Below are positions 13,801 to 27,499 of a stretch of DNA of 64,000 nucleotides, in pieces. The stretch lies in contig OZ076409.1 of the NCBI GenBank assembly GCA_964187785.1, forward strand, positions 23,500,001-23,564,000, written 5' to 3'. The translations under genes and the position numbers were made by a program. Every line of letters begins with the position of its first letter. The first letter of the stretch is position 1. Source of the DNA: Amphiscolops sp. MND2022. Taxonomy: Eukaryota. A model generated the notes under the pieces. It saw nothing but the letters and a program-made list of their open reading frames with translations, did not search any database and was not told the DNA's origin.

Positions 13801-16800
13801 ATTTTTAAATACCAACAAATTGACAGAATAGTTCCACCAAAGATTCTTCAATTTTGGCAAAAAACTTTTTGGCCAACTACATGTTACATTTAAGCTGCAA
13901 AGAAGTCCCCTTCGACAACAACGAAATCCATGCTGGACTTTGCGAAAACCAGATGTAAGGAATTCCTGATATAACGAATACCGGATATAACGTTTTCTGG
14001 AGATTTTTTCAATGTTACAAAAAGGCCCCATTTCGATTTTTAGGATGTTTAAGGATAAAACAAAATAATTTGAAACCAAATGGCGCCTTTCGGATTTTTG
14101 TTTGGTTTTGTGGACTTTTCATTTTGATAGAACAGCTGTTTTTTCTCAAACTATTTTTTCTACAGCTAATGGTGAAACAAAACCCTCACTTACGTTATCA
14201 TCAGCTTCTCGCTGGGTGTTTTTCCTCTTCTGGCTCCTTGTAGTTGACGTTTTTGATGAAGAAAGTTTGATTTCCAAAGAATTCAGTTTTATCTTTCTGG
14301 TTTTCAACAAAGTTGAGATTAGAACGAGATTAAAGCAAAAGTTGAGAACAACTGAATTTTACAGCTCGAAAAGGACTGAGTCCCTTAGCACTAGCAATCC
14401 ATCATATTTATACCCTCCTAGCATCATTTGATCACGAATAAACCCCTAATTTTCCTCGAACATCTAGTCACTTCCTGTATTATCAATGAAAAATTCATTT
14501 TGTTCCCAAATTTGCGTCGACTATTCGTCAAATTTTGAGACACGACGATTTTAAACTAGCATTAGTCATCAACCATGATCATATCATTTCATTCCGGCGT
14601 CCTTTCGTTTCCTCCCAGGCAGGAAGTAGATATTACTTCAGTCTGTCAAACCGGAAATATTCCCTGTTTTACTGCTTCGATTCGTAAGAAACTAACGCTG
14701 GGATGACGCTGACGTGAACAACTAATACCTGATTTTGAATATTCACTTGGAGAAAATGCTATGACTAATGTTTTCAACATTGGAATTTCCACTGATGCTA
14801 GGAAAGGATAATAGCAAGATTATAGAATTAGCAACAATTTCCTAATTAACTCCACACTGAGTGATTATTAATTAACGGAAAAAATGCAACAGAACATTGA
14901 CGTTTGAATGAATTGGAAAGCTAGATTATTTAATCCGGAATTCTAATCTCGGTCATTGGTATTTCGACCAAAAGTGCTATTTAGCGACATAATGTCGTCA
15001 ATTTACTATTTACACACGTCAACAACACACTGACAACAGGTATTACTTCACACATATAGTAATATTCTTGAACACAAAACATCTGACGACATAACGTCGA
15101 CACTTCACAAGTTAATCAAAGAAACAAAAACTTCAAATCCTTTTAACACTCAACTTCAACATTACAGAACGTATAGTAGCAACGTAGGTCAAGTACTTAT
15201 GGCCCAATACATATGAGCAATGCTCTTCATCAATTTGATTTAGTACAAGAAGTTTGAATAGGTAACTGCTTGATACTGGAGTGGACAACGACATGCCATC
15301 GTCCAAATGAGCAATATAAGAAATACAACTCATACATTGGGTAGTATAAGATACGAAAGCACAAACATGTTAAAATACGTTTCCAATACGAAAATACCTC
15401 CAATCTATCTTATTAATATCATAAACTGTGACTTTCATTTATATTATCTGAAAAATTCCATTTCAGAATGAAATCTTAACGTGGTTTAAATCAGTAATTT
15501 ATTTAATTTAACCTATTTGACGGACGGATGGCGCTGAATTCGAAATCTCTCATTATTTCCTTGTTAAGTTAGCATACAATTCAAACGCATTCCTTGCAGC
15601 AATTCGTTAGGATAGTGTTCATTTTGTCATTTTGGATGGACTAAGAAGCTTATTTCGATGGATTTCGGACGTAACGTGGACGTAGGTATTAGTATTAGAC
15701 TCAGTCTACCAATATAGCGGACGTGGCGTAGACGTAAATTTGGAATGGAAGCTAGCTAGCTGCCATAGCTGTGACGTCATATCGTCGTCTGATTTAGAAT
15801 ACTTTCTAACTAGCTAACTAGTTTGTGACGGAGTGCTGACCTAACGATTATAGTAATATTTGAAGGTACCGCTAAAACTTGTTTACTTAGCAACGAGATA
15901 TCGTCCTATTCTACATTAATTGCTGTTCAAAATGCAATTAAGTTGTCTTTTCTTAGAAGATACGTAAATATTTCGGCGTGCCATCTCAAAGTAATTTCTG
16001 TTTTGGATCTGATTGATGTACTTGTCAGGGAAGTTTTTGGATATGTTTTCTTTTAGATCGGTCTATGATCCTTTATTCTAGGAGTGTTTTAATTTTTAGT
16101 TTTCAGGTGGCGAATGTTCCTTTCTGACGCGACAAAAGCGTCTTGCCGGAAATGCGTGAAATCATTTTAGCCTATTTTTTTCCTGCTCTCATTTTCATTT
16201 AAAATTTGCGCCAAACGTACCTACATTTGTGTTTCTAGTCACAGCGTATTAGGTTTTAAAGTTAGAATGTTAAGTTACCATTTCGGGAAGCGTAGATTGC
16301 ATCCATGTCCCCTCCCGATTGCAATTCGCCTGCAAGTACATCCCAAACCGGGAGCGGGTTGTGACACCAATTCATTGCAAAATATGAACAATTTTGAAGG
16401 AGGGAACCTTTGGAGGCATTAAAAAGTTTTCGAAAACAAGTCTCACAGTGCCGGAAAAAAATCCAAAAGGTTACCCTTTAGTTTTGTCTGGTTTTGTATG
16501 TTACGGTAAAAATGCAGCAAATGAAAGGGGGACTCTTCGCACTAAGTTGCGGTTTGGCTGGCCGGTTCTGTAGTTTAGTAGTTTCTGTAAAAATTTCTTT
16601 TACGGATACGGATTGTTTTTTGACAAAAAAGAGAAATCCTGCCACTCTATCAGTCGCACTCATTTCATTGAAATGCGCAGACTAAAAACCAGCCGGTAAC
16701 GGCCCAAGTCGATGCCATTTTTTATTTGCAATGCCAAAAAAACCAAACGGAGACCCATTGAATTCGCAAAACGTTTTCCCCAAGCCTAAAATATTCGAAT

Positions 16801-18019
16801 AAGTGAAGCGTACCACTTTATCGAGGGAATTCTTTCGAAAAAAAGACACAGTATCAAAATAGCCGTATGTCTTTCCACAATTATTGGGAAAACACCCAAT
16901 AGTCCTGAACTGGACTGAAAAAAATCAGAGGTTACTCGTAATGCTGAGAAAACGGTTTTGATCAAGGGAAAGTCTCTCAAAAACCGAAAATTTGAGGAAG
17001 AAAAAACCTTTTATTTCGAAAAAGTTTTCCTGATAAATGTCTCTGGTAAATCGCATAATACCGAAACCCCTGAGTCTTCTATGCCCGCAAAAGGTATCGT
17101 TTTGAACCGAAACCGATCGAGGGGAAAACGAATTAAAAGGAACGCGTGGAAAAAACGCCGTAAGAAAAAACTGCAAAATTCGGATATGGGGTGCCGGGTC
17201 AGTGCGAAAAACTAAGTTCAGACAAAAAATGAAAATTTTCCGTCTCATAGTGCCAAAAAACGTAAAAAGGGATTCTTTGGGCTTTCCTGATATCGAACTT
17301 GTTGCAAAATAGCAAAAAATTGACGGAGACGTTAGAAAACGTTCGAAAAAAATCCTCACAGAGCTGAAAAAATTCAAAAAGTGGCACACTTTAGTCTGTG
17401 AATATAAAACAACTATGGATGAGAAAAGAGGAAACTTCCTAATTTACAGCCCTGTAATCGAGGCATGCAATAGCGCAAAAACTACGAGTTCTTTTGATGA
17501 ACGTTTTTTTTTGCTTCGAGAGCATTTTTCATGGTCCTTTCTCTGAAAATATTTATAGCCAAAAATTGTAAATTTTTCAATCCTTTCGGCAATCGAAAGT
17601 AATGTCAAAAGTGATTGAACAAAAATTTTTAGTCGGCGTTTTCGTAAACAGAGCAGATTATGATTATGACATTTTTAAATACCAACAAATTGACAGAATA
17701 GTTCCACCAAAGATTCTTCAATTTTGGCAAAACACTTTTTGGCTAACTACATGTTACATTTAAGCTGCAAAGAAGTCCCCTTCGACAACAACGAAATCCA
17801 TGCTGGATTTTGCGAAAACCAGATGTAAGGAATTCCTGATATAACGAATACCGGATATAACGTTTTCTGGAGATTTCTTCAATGTTACAAAAAGGCTCCA
17901 TTTCGATTTTTAGGATGCTTAAGGTTAAAACAAAATAATTTGAAACCAAATGGCCCCTTTCGGATTTTTGTTTGGTTTTGTGGACTTTTCATTTTGACCG
18001 AACAGCTGTTTTTTCTCAA
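2607..18019. repeat. tandem array of four ~3.85-kb units (partial LTR A plus flanking repeats)
   Basis: tctacagcta(t/a)tggtgaaac recurs at 2611, 6481, 10285, 14159 (periods 3870, 3804, 3874); array ends at 18019; unit 2 lacks 68 bp. Confidence 0.95.
4820..6470. mobile_element. cluster of Helentron-like non-autonomous repeats (HINE/DINE-type), repeated in each array unit
   Basis: T-rich 5' ends TTTTTAGTC(G/T)GCG at ~5139 (-) and ~6076 (+); 3' end GGCATCGACTTGGGCCGTTACCGGCTGGTT (-) at 5139-5169 with subTIR and hairpin; same family at 57600-58010. Confidence 0.55.
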
Positions 18020-21000
18020 TAGTTTATCTTTTAAATCATCTTTCCAGTCATGGCATGATCCTAATACATATGATCATATTCTCCAACTAGAAGAAGTCAC
18101 GTTTTTTTGTCTTTCAGTGGGAGATAATCATTATCTTTTGATATTTGTTTTGAAAATCTCTTCTGGTAACTTCTCTGAATACAGTTGAACTGAACAACCA
18201 ACTCTTCGTCTCACTCAGGCTCAAAAGTCAAAAAGTTAGGCGGCCTCAACCAATCATATGAAACTAAGGTTGCTGTCAACTTTCGATGAGAAGTCACTTG
18301 CCAAAGATAGACTGAAAAATGAAGTGAATCGTGGCAAGCAGAAGAAAGAAGTCAAGCAGATAGAAGCAAACTTTTTAAAGTGAACCACTACGTCATGAGG
18401 TCAGAAGTCAACTTTCGGAGATGAGAAGCGAGTAAGCTTCTCAAAATGCAGATTCAAAACGTTCTTGATGCTTCAGGTAATTTTCTTGCCGTTTTTCCTA
18501 GTCTGAGTAGAGTTGAGTTTCAAGTTGAGCGAGAGTACTCTGAGGTGCAAACATTTTTTTGAGCAATGTTCTCTGGAATATTCCAAAAGCACTTCGCAAA
18601 TTATATCTACGCTTGACGAAAAAACATTAGTGACATCTTTCCTGACAGACGTTCCGACGGCAATTCTGTAATTCGGTTGATTTTCAAAGAGAACGTCGCT
18701 ATGCACTGCATAGCCTGATGTTAGGTAAGAAATTTTCGAAACTTAGTTTTCGCTGCAAAACGCCTGTCATTCGAGTTTTTGTCTGTCAATAAGTTGTTCT
18801 TGCGACCCAGAGAAGCGTCGTTCTATGTCCAACAAAGGAAGCAACATTCTCACAAGATCAAGGAACACCAGGTCAGGTTAACAAGGATGTAGAGTTTTGA
18901 GTGTCGTTGTTAATTTACAAAACTTAGACATATAATGACTAACCGTACTCTACAGTCTATGTTAGAAACGTTGGCAATTTCGAGAACAGACGAGGACTTT
19001 GAGTACTTTGATGAACGTTCGAACGCTCGGGTTCTTTTATTGAAATTGAGGACAGTCTTTCTTGATCAGGAGACTTTGCCTGAGGAAACAGGTTCGAATT
19101 TTGCTAGCGTGCAGAACAAGTTGAAACAAGAACAATTCGAAGTTTGGTGAGAATTGGTGCAATGTCTACATAGAAAGTCATTGAGTTTAGTTAAAACATG
19201 GAAACCTTAGGGCATTCGGACTTAGAAAGTTTTGCAACACTGTTTCAAAAATTGTGAACGTCCTTATAGGAACTCACAAGAAAGAGGGCGCGCTTATTTG
19301 ATGAGAGCTGAAGATATGTTTACCGACGTTGGTAAAAACGTTAGTGATCAAATGCGATGTTCGGTAGTCTTAAAAGGTTTACCGAACAGTTTTGCAAACT
19401 GTTTCAAATTCATGAAGCTAAAACTTCTGCCGATCTAAAACAAGATGTTTTGATTTTCGATAGTGCTGGTTTCCGAGGTCAGACCGACCAAAAACAAGTT
19501 CACATTTCACTAGAGACGTGAAATGTTTCAAGTTTCGTAGAACTGGTCTCCCACAAAGTGAATGCAGAGCAAACGGATCTGCCTTAGTGTGTTACAAACA
19601 AGGTGAAAAAGGCCACAAAGTGATTGAGCGCCCAACAAAGAAACGAATCGAACACAGGGGCTCCTTGTGAGATGGCTCAAAACAAATATTTTTACACGAA
19701 GCCAAATGAGAGTAACTTAACAGCTGAAAAGCAAGGTTGCTCGTTTCAAACTATACGAGTACATTCGACGTGTAAGATCATCGAATTTTTGAAAGACAGT
19801 GGGTGCAAGAGTCGCGTAATGAAAAACGCCGGACTGTTCAGAGACTTGGAGGGTTCAAAAATGGGTAGAATTGAATATGCGAATGGAATTAAGTCCAATA
19901 TTGAAGTTAGATGATCCATCATTATCTCATAAGATCAAACCATGCAACTTGAATAATCGTTTTACGTTCCCCAATACACAAAAACTTAGTTTCGATCAAA
20001 ACACTGAACGAGCAAATGCGAGCGTTCATTTTGATGCGAAAACTCGCTTAGTTCCGGTTGATATAAATTTTCCGTTAAAATGAGAAAATAAAATGTTTTC
20101 TTTACAAAATGATTGTTTGCATCAGCAAAGCAAGGCCGCAACTGCAAGCTTTCAACTCTCAAGACAGACTTCGTCACATTAACAAATTTGATGTTCGAAA
20201 ATTGGCTAAAACTGTAGTCGATATGACGCTAGAAGATGAAGGAAACGAACCTTGAAAAGTGTGTAACACAGAAAAAGCCAAGTGGTTTCCGATAAGCCGT
20301 CAAGTATCAACTAGAGCTAAGAAACTTTCAGACATGGTCCACATAGATACATTGCCAGTAAACACGCCGTGCATAGATAACTTCAAGTACGCTCTAGGAT
20401 TCGTTGATAGCTTCAACAGACTTTATGCTGTTTATCTACTAAGAACAAGAGCCGAAGTCGGAAGGAAGCTCCTGAAATTTATAGCTGAGCTTCGAAAACC
20501 TCGCACTACTGTCACTGAATATGCTAGAGTTCAAAAATGGCTCACCTGAAACGTTTCGATCGTTTGCATACCAATAAGTTTTCCATATAAAACACCTGTG
20601 CTTTCACGCTGCTCATGACACAACACCGTTCGAGAAGGTTTCTGACAAGGCAGCATCAGATGTGCGTCATTTTCGAGTTTTTGGGTGTCGAGCATTCATG
20701 GACTTAAAGCAACCAAAGCGGACAACGTTTGAAAGTAGAGCTTGGAAGGTTTTTTACTCAACGATAGCAATAATTCAAGGCTGTACTTGATCGGAGTTTT
20801 TGATAGCACAGACCTCATCAGGAAAAATAGCTTCAATGTTTAATTTTAGGAGACTGGTTTTCTAGGTAAAACACTCTTCCCAAACAATGAAAAGGAAGTG
20901 AACATTTCTTCGAATTCAACGAAAGGTAAGTAAAACAGAGTTGCAAAACACAGTATCAGCCGCCGTTACACAAAACGTGAAACGCAACGTGAGTGAGTAG

Positions 21001-22127
21001 CTGAACGGTTAATTAATCTATAATCCAGAAACATTGATTGCTGAAAGATGAGACGAGCGTAAAGCACAAATTCAACCTCATAGTTCGACTGTGCATACTT
21101 CTATTAGACACGGACTGAAAGTGAAGCCGCCTGATAGATTTACCTCAGGTGCAAGCAGCAGCTTGTCTTACCATTTAGGTTCTACTGAGTCCGATGAAAC
21201 TGAAGTGCTCGCATACCATAGAGATTATGTTTATCAAGAGTTACCGCGTGCCTTTTTCTTCATAGTGGCATCGTGCAATGAAAGTGGAAAACGAATCTTT
21301 ACAGAAGAATTATGTGTGGGAACTCATTGTATTGCCTGAAGGAAAAAACCTCGTAACTGGTATATGACATTTTGCACTTAAGCAAAACAGTAAAGGAGTA
21401 AAGGAGAAATTTTTAAGTACAAAGCAAGATACGTTGCCAGGGGATACAAACAAAAACAAGGTGTTAACTACGATCAAACATTATAGTCCGACTGCGATAG
21501 TGGAAATGCTCCGAGTTTTGCTGAGTGTGGCAGTTCACAGAGAAAGAAAGTTGAAACAGTTAGACATACGCAGGTTAAGGTCAGGAAATTTTTGTACATC
21601 AGCAACCAAGAAAATCGCTAAAGATTGAAAAATCGTATTTTGAACTGAGACAATCCGGCCAAAAGTCGGGTGTGAAAGCCTTAAATTGATACGTTCAAAA
21701 TCCAGGCTGTAAACATTGGAAAACACATTTTGAGGTATCTAAAGGCAACACGTCGAAAAAAAACTGACGTATACAAAAACCAAAAAACTTGAGCTCAAAA
21801 TTTTCAGTGATGCAGATTGGGCAGGAAAGTCACATGATAGGAAGTCCAACAGTGATTTTAGCTTCTGTTTGAGCTCAACGTTAGGAGCAATCATTTGGAG
21901 GTCTGAATTACTGACAACGGTAGCAATCTCAACAGCTGAGGCAAAAGCAATGTCGTTATTTGCAGATTCTCAAGAACTTGATGTTCAGCGAGGACTAGCA
22001 AACGAGATAGGAAGACAAGGAAAAGCTCACTAGGAAAAACTTAGACGATCAAGCTTGTCGAGAAAACCAGAAATACAGTAATTTCTCGGAAAATGAAGCA
22101 TTTTGCAATGAAGTTGGGCTTCATACA

Positions 22128-24185
22128 TGTCATAGCCAGCTCCCAGGCTATTATTACTTTGAACGCGATTGCTTCCGTTGAATATACTGTTGTGAACTAA
22201 TTGGAATGTTTTTTGTGACGTCATCATAACAGCTATGCTATCATTACGTTATTATTTGGAATGATTGTGTGACGTCCCCAATTAGAGGTATGGAATGATT
22301 TTTTAAAGCTCAACGTAACATCTCCGTCAACCGCTGTTCAACTAGACCTAATCTTTAATCCGTAAGGAGACCGTTTTGGTTCTTATCAAAAAGGACAACT
22401 CTTAATATACTTGTTTCCCTCTCAAACAAATGTAATTCCATATCGAGTGCTCTTGCTGAATCTCATAATTAAATCGTATTTGGCGCACAGGATGACAATA
22501 TGCCTCTGTAACTAATCGTTGCTTGATGTTTTATGCTCATTTTTTACGGAGTGAAACTTTGTCCGTCGTAAGGCTTCCCTTTGATTTTGCGTTTTCTTTC
22601 TATTGCTGAGTTATATAGTTGTGACCCATAAATTTGCCAATTTTGTCAAACTGAATGTAATTTCCAGTAGACACTGGAACATGTAACATTTAGCATCATT
22701 TGTTTCCTTTCACTCATCTCAGTATTTTCTTCATCCTCGAACAGTTTCATTCCGTTTCAGTTACGTCGTCATTTTTGCCTGAATTTGTGACGCGGGACTA
22801 AAACAATATGAATCAAGTAAATTTTTGTGTGATCAAACCCGATTTTCATGATACCTAAAAAATTTTAGGTGAGGAACAAATGATGCCACGAACGTTTAAT
22901 TATGTTCGTTTTATAAATTGAATCAGATAGTTATTATTGATCTTTGTATCACTGTTTGTTGCTGAAACGACTCTTCTTTAAAAACTCAAAACTTTGAAAC
23001 ATTTTGGTTCTTATCAAAAAGGACAACTCTTGAAATACTTGTTTCCCTCTCAAACAAATGTATTTCCATATCTAGTGCTTCTGCTGAATCTCATGATAAA
23101 ATCGTGATTGTCGCACACAGGATGACAATATGCCTTTGTAACTATTCGTTGCTTGATATTTTATGCTCATTTTTTACGGAGTGAAATTTTGTCGGCCGTA
23201 AGGTTTCCGTTTGATTTTAGCATCATTTGTTCCCTTTCACTCATCTCCGTATTTTCTTCATCCTCGAACAGTTTCATTCCGTTTCAGTTACGTCGTCATT
23301 TTTGCCTGAATTTGTGACGCGGGACTAAAACAATATGAATCAAGTAAATTTTTGTGTGATCAAACCCGATTTTCATGATACCTAAAAAATTTTAGGTGAG
23401 GAACAAATGATGCCACGAAAGTTTAATTATGTTCGTTTTATAAATTGAATCAGATAGTTATTATTGATCTTTGTATCACTGTTTGTTGCTGAAACGACTC
23501 TTCTTTAAAAATTCAAAACTTTGAAACATTTTGGTCCTTATCAAAAAGGACAACTCTTGAAATACTTGTTTCCCTCTCAAACAAATGTATTTCCATATCT
23601 AGTGCTTCTGCTGAATCTCATAATAAAATCGTGATTGTCGCACACAGGATGACTATATGCCTCTGTAACTATTCGTTGCTTGATATTTTATGCTCATTTT
23701 TTACGGAGTGAAATTTTGTCGGCCGTAAGGTTTCCGTTTGATTTTGCGTTTTTTTATTGCTGAGTTATATAGTTGTGATACATGAATTCGCCAATTTTGT
23801 CAAACTGAATGCATTTGTAATTCCTAGTAGACACTGCAACTTGTAACATTTAGCATCATTTGTTCCCTTTCACTCATCTCAGTATTTCCTTCAACCTCGA
23901 ACAATTTCTTACCGTTTTAGTTACGTCATCATTTTTGCTTGAATTTGTGACGCGGGACTGAAACAGTATGATTTAACTGAGTTTTTGTGTGATCAAACCC
24001 AATTTTTATGATACCTAAAATCTTTAGGTGAGGAACAAATGATGTCAGGAAAGTTTAATTATGTTGGTTTTATACAGTAAATCAGATAGTCATTAGTGAT
24101 CTTTGTATCACTGTTTGTTGCTAAAACCATTCTTGAAAAATTTAAAACTTTGAAACATTTTGGTTCTTTTCAAAAAGGACAACTC
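22128..24185 (+). mobile_element. LTR-derived fragment nested in the Copia RNase H region
   Basis: Starts TGTCATAGCCAGCTCCCAGG, resembling LTR A/E start TGTCACAACCCGCTCCCGG; interrupts Copia coding remnants. Confidence 0.5.
22374..24185. repeat. tandem repeat, three ~628-bp units
   Basis: ttttggt(t/c)ctt(a/t)tcaaaaaggacaactc at 22374, 23002, 23529, 24158; middle unit has ~100-bp deletion. Confidence 0.9.
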
Positions 24186-25677
24186 GAGGTCAGAGAAGCC
24201 TGAAAATACAATCATTGCACCTACATCAACCCCTATAAAAAACTAAAACGACTACCCAAAATAACACTCCGTTAGCTAGTCTTAACAATACAAAAAATAG
24301 AAATGCGAAACTTGGATGTTGAGTTTCGTCCAACCCGTGAAATGATTTCTGACTTGCTAACTAAACTGTTGGCAGAAGTCAAGAATGAAATATTCTGCAA
24401 ATGACTCTCCAGAGAATATAATATGTAATCAAGCCCCGAAAAGGGGTAGTTTTATGATATAGAAGTCATAGCATGTTTTGAAGCTGCAAAAACGACTCCT
24501 GATATGTATGAACAACTTCTCTGCTAAAAGTCACGCTTTTTTGTATTTCAGCGGGAGATAATCATTTACTTCTTATGTTTGTTTTGTAAGTCACTTTTCT
24601 GTTGACTGTTGACTGTCCTGAATATAGTTGAATTGAAACGACTAACTGTTCGTCTCACTCAGCCTCAAAAGTCGAGGTTATCATACTTGGTTCAAGCTTT
24701 TTGGGCCTTTTGCGTTTTTTGTCAAACTTTTATTTGTTCAAAGGGTACCCTCGGGGCTTTCATAGCTGATTTCGGCTTGAGAAAATGAGAAAAGGTAGTT
24801 TTGCGAGCTGAAAGTTCCCTTTTCAGCACTGAGATTTTTCCGAAACAATCATTTTTTTCTATTTTTCCAGTTGGTAAAAATGTGGTTTCCGAGTACAATG
24901 CGTATCTTTTGGTTTTTTTCGACACCAAGAAATTTATAAAAGTTTAAAAATGTCTTTATACATTCAATAACCTCGCTTTTTTGAAATTTGGGCGGCTTTT
25001 TTTCAACTGATTGCTTCTCAAGAAACATGTTAAGTCAACAAAGAGTCAGTCATAAAAGGCAATATTTGGTTCGAGAGTCAGTCAATTCGCTACGGTTGGG
25101 TTTGGATAAATTCGTGCAAAGCAATTCCTAGTAACGTGAAATGCCGGGTGCAGTATTAGAAATACGTTCAGACAACCAAAAAGTAATTATCATATAAAAC
25201 GTTGTTTAGAAGATATGTTGTTTTGTTATGGAAAAGGTCAGTCGCCATCCATGGAATGCTGCAGGGTCTTTCAGTTTGACAAGACAATAAGAAATGAAAA
25301 TTCTGATGAGTAATAATTAGAGGTTGTGAATAACTACTGAATCAATATGAATTGGTCTGAATTTTGGTTCATCTCATAACCAGGGCAGAAACTCGAAGAG
25401 CTAATAATGCTACTTTTGTCCTGCTTTATATATACGCTCAAGGAAATAAAACTTTCAACCTTCATGAATTCAGACAATGGATTGCTGAGTTTTCACAAGA
25501 TTTCATCATTTTCAAAATGCTGTTATTTCTGCTAATCATGAAATCTTCAAAACCAATTTTTGATAGTTTCAAATTAAAGCTGGACAAAGTGAAGTTCAAC
25601 AGTTTATTTAAACTTTGAAACTTTGAAACCTTCGCTTAAGGAGCAAAGCTTTTTCAGTGAAGTTGACACTTTGAATT

Positions 25678-26070
25678 TTACGACACATGAGACCCATTCT
25701 CAGTTTTACTGAATACAGGGCTGACAACAACTAGCTTAGGAACAAGTTTTTGGGCCAACAATTGCCAGTTGTGGTCAATGTCTTCGTAGGAGCATGTTTT
25801 CACTTGAAAATCCTCTAAATTCAGCAGTCCTTTCTGTTCCATTTCCCATGCATGTTGGATGGCCCTGTTAAATTCTTGGCCTGTATCATAGATGTAACTC
25901 GTGATCACACGTATTTCTTTCTCCCACATGCTGTGAGGGACGAGGGAAACAGCCTCATTTTCAGCACAGCATCCAAACAAAACAACTGTTCCACCTTTGG
26001 CTGTTTTTTGGACTGCTTCTGCTAAACATGGCGCCTGACCAGTACAGTCTATCACCAAATCGTATGTTTC
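25678..26070 (-). CDS. Zn-dependent MDR dehydrogenase, exon 4 (last)
   Basis: ETYDLVIDCTGQAPCL..KGGTVVLFG..KEIRVITSY; AG acceptor at 26072-26071; stop TAA. Confidence 0.85.
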   Translation of the reverse strand, partial: ETYDLVIDCTGQAPCLAEAVQKTAKGGTVVLFGCCAENEAVSLVPHSMWEKEIRVITSYIYDTGQEFNRAIQHAWEMEQKGLLNLEDFQVKTCSYEDIDHNWQLLAQKLVPKLVVVSPVFSKTENGSHVS

Positions 26071-26077
26071 CTTCAAT

Positions 26078-26485
26078 TAGGGATGCCCAAACTTTTTTAT
26101 TCAACTGTTCTGTTTTTTGAATCTGGTATAACTTTTTAAAAAGGACAAACAAAGTGCTTTAATCGAAACAAATTTTAGTTTGAATTCTTACATAGACAGT
26201 CGAAACCTTTGAGATTACGTTTGAATTCTTACATAGACAGTCGAAACCTTGGAGATTACGTTTGCATTCTTACATAGACAGTCGAAACCTTGGAGATTCC
26301 TGGAATACTTCAATAGACAGTCGTTAAGTTAGGTTTGAGACCTTTTTAATGTGCTGTCAGGTCTGGTTCAAGATATGTTTTTACCTAGGCCAGAGGTTCC
26401 GATCCAAAATCTTGTTCCGGGTTCCTTTTCTAGCAGATCTATTAGGTGGCACCCGACCAACTTTTTCACTATTAGGGCATCCCTA
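26078..26485. mobile_element. hAT-like MITE occupying intron 3
   Basis: Perfect 11-bp TIRs TAGGGATGCCC (26078-26088) / GGGCATCCCTA (26475-26485), Ac-like terminus. Confidence 0.7.
26178..26323. repeat. 41-bp minisatellite, ~3.5 copies
   Basis: gtttgaattcttacatagacagtcgaaaccttggagattac-type unit at 26178, 26219, 26260 plus degenerate partial copy. Confidence 0.9.
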
Positions 26486-26486
26486 C

Positions 26487-26774
26487 TGCGGAAATAGTTA
26501 ATTCAGAAACGCTAATTGACACTGCGCCCATTTTCTCAGCAACTGTCATTCGATCAATAGAATGGTCGGTGCACGTGATACGAGCGTAGTCTTCACTCTG
26601 TAGAACCCGGATCCACAAGAGACCAATCATGCCGCAGCCAAAAATCAACACTTTCGGCTCAATTTCTCTTCTTATTGGAGGCTGTATTCTCCAATATCCG
26701 TGTAAAACAGTAGCCAGTGGCTCAATCAAAATCGCATTGAGTGATTGAAATTGATTCGGTATTGGTCTCACGTA
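26487..26774 (-). CDS. Zn-dependent MDR dehydrogenase, exon 3 (Rossmann fold)
   Basis: YVRPIP..AILIEPLATVLHG..KVLIFGCGMIGLLW..ITCTDHS; acceptor ttttag, donor GTAGGG; phase 0. Confidence 0.9.
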
Positions 26775-26792
26775 CTAAAACGAACTAATTCA

Positions 26793-27053
26793 TTGGTTGC
26801 ACATCGAAAATCTCCTAGGTTAAAAACCCCTAAAGTAAGGAATCGTGTTTCGCTACGTTCATACGTACCAACAGTGCCCTAAATGCAGGAACAAAGCACT
26901 CCTGGTCCGGTCCATCGGACGGCTTTGATGAAGGTCGACCTAGAGGGGCACAAAGCGCCTCGGAAGGACGAAGGCCGAGGTATATAACCAATCTTTGGGG
27001 TTTAGATTTTCGTCTTGGAGATTTTAATTTAGGAGATTTTGACCTGATACCAA
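26793..27053. mobile_element. MITE with imperfect TIRs
   Basis: TTGGTTGCACATCGAAAATCTCCTA versus TAGGAGATTTTGACCTGATACCAA; flanked by 7-bp direct repeat TAATTCA. Confidence 0.6.
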
Positions 27054-27499
27054 TAATTCAATTCATTATTGAACGAAAATTTGATGCGGTCCATGCACTA
27101 TGGTACCAAAAAGCTGAAAAATTTGATTCGCTTGCGAAAACCTTTTAAATATCACTCAGAATTGCAACGGAGTTTCCAGTCGGCGCTTTTTGTGACACAA
27201 AAGTGTCCGACTTTTACAGAGACCTTTTTTCTCCAGACCACAGACATCGCACTGAAAAGCTTGTATGTTACAGCATTCTGAAAATTGTTCTAAACTTCAA
27301 CATGAGTTTACAATATGTGCTTTTCTGTCTTTCGACGCTAATTTGATTTTCAGGCACCATTTCTGGAAAATAAAATATTTTCATACTTACGTGCTACGAA
27401 CCTACACTTTACGTCTTTTCAGTTGGCGCTTCCATAGAAAGAGCAGACTATTGAGTGACATTTCTTTTTTTAAGACCGACGAAGTGACAGATTTTATAA

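Larger units (their letters stand above)
18020..24675 (+). mobile_element. decayed Ty1/Copia LTR retrotransposon
   Basis: Order gag (18935), protease LKDSGCKSRVM (~19790), integrase LSDMVHIDT..KYALGFVDSF (20259-20549), RT YKARYVARGYKQKQGVNYDQT (~21420), RNase H FSDADWAG..RKS (~21800) and EMISDLLTK (~24340); diverged direct repeats ~18045-18230 and ~24465-24675. Confidence 0.9.

Noticed and set aside
26178..26323. 41-bp repeats as a CRISPR array
   Set aside because: Head-to-tail with no unique spacers, eukaryotic intron context, no cas genes
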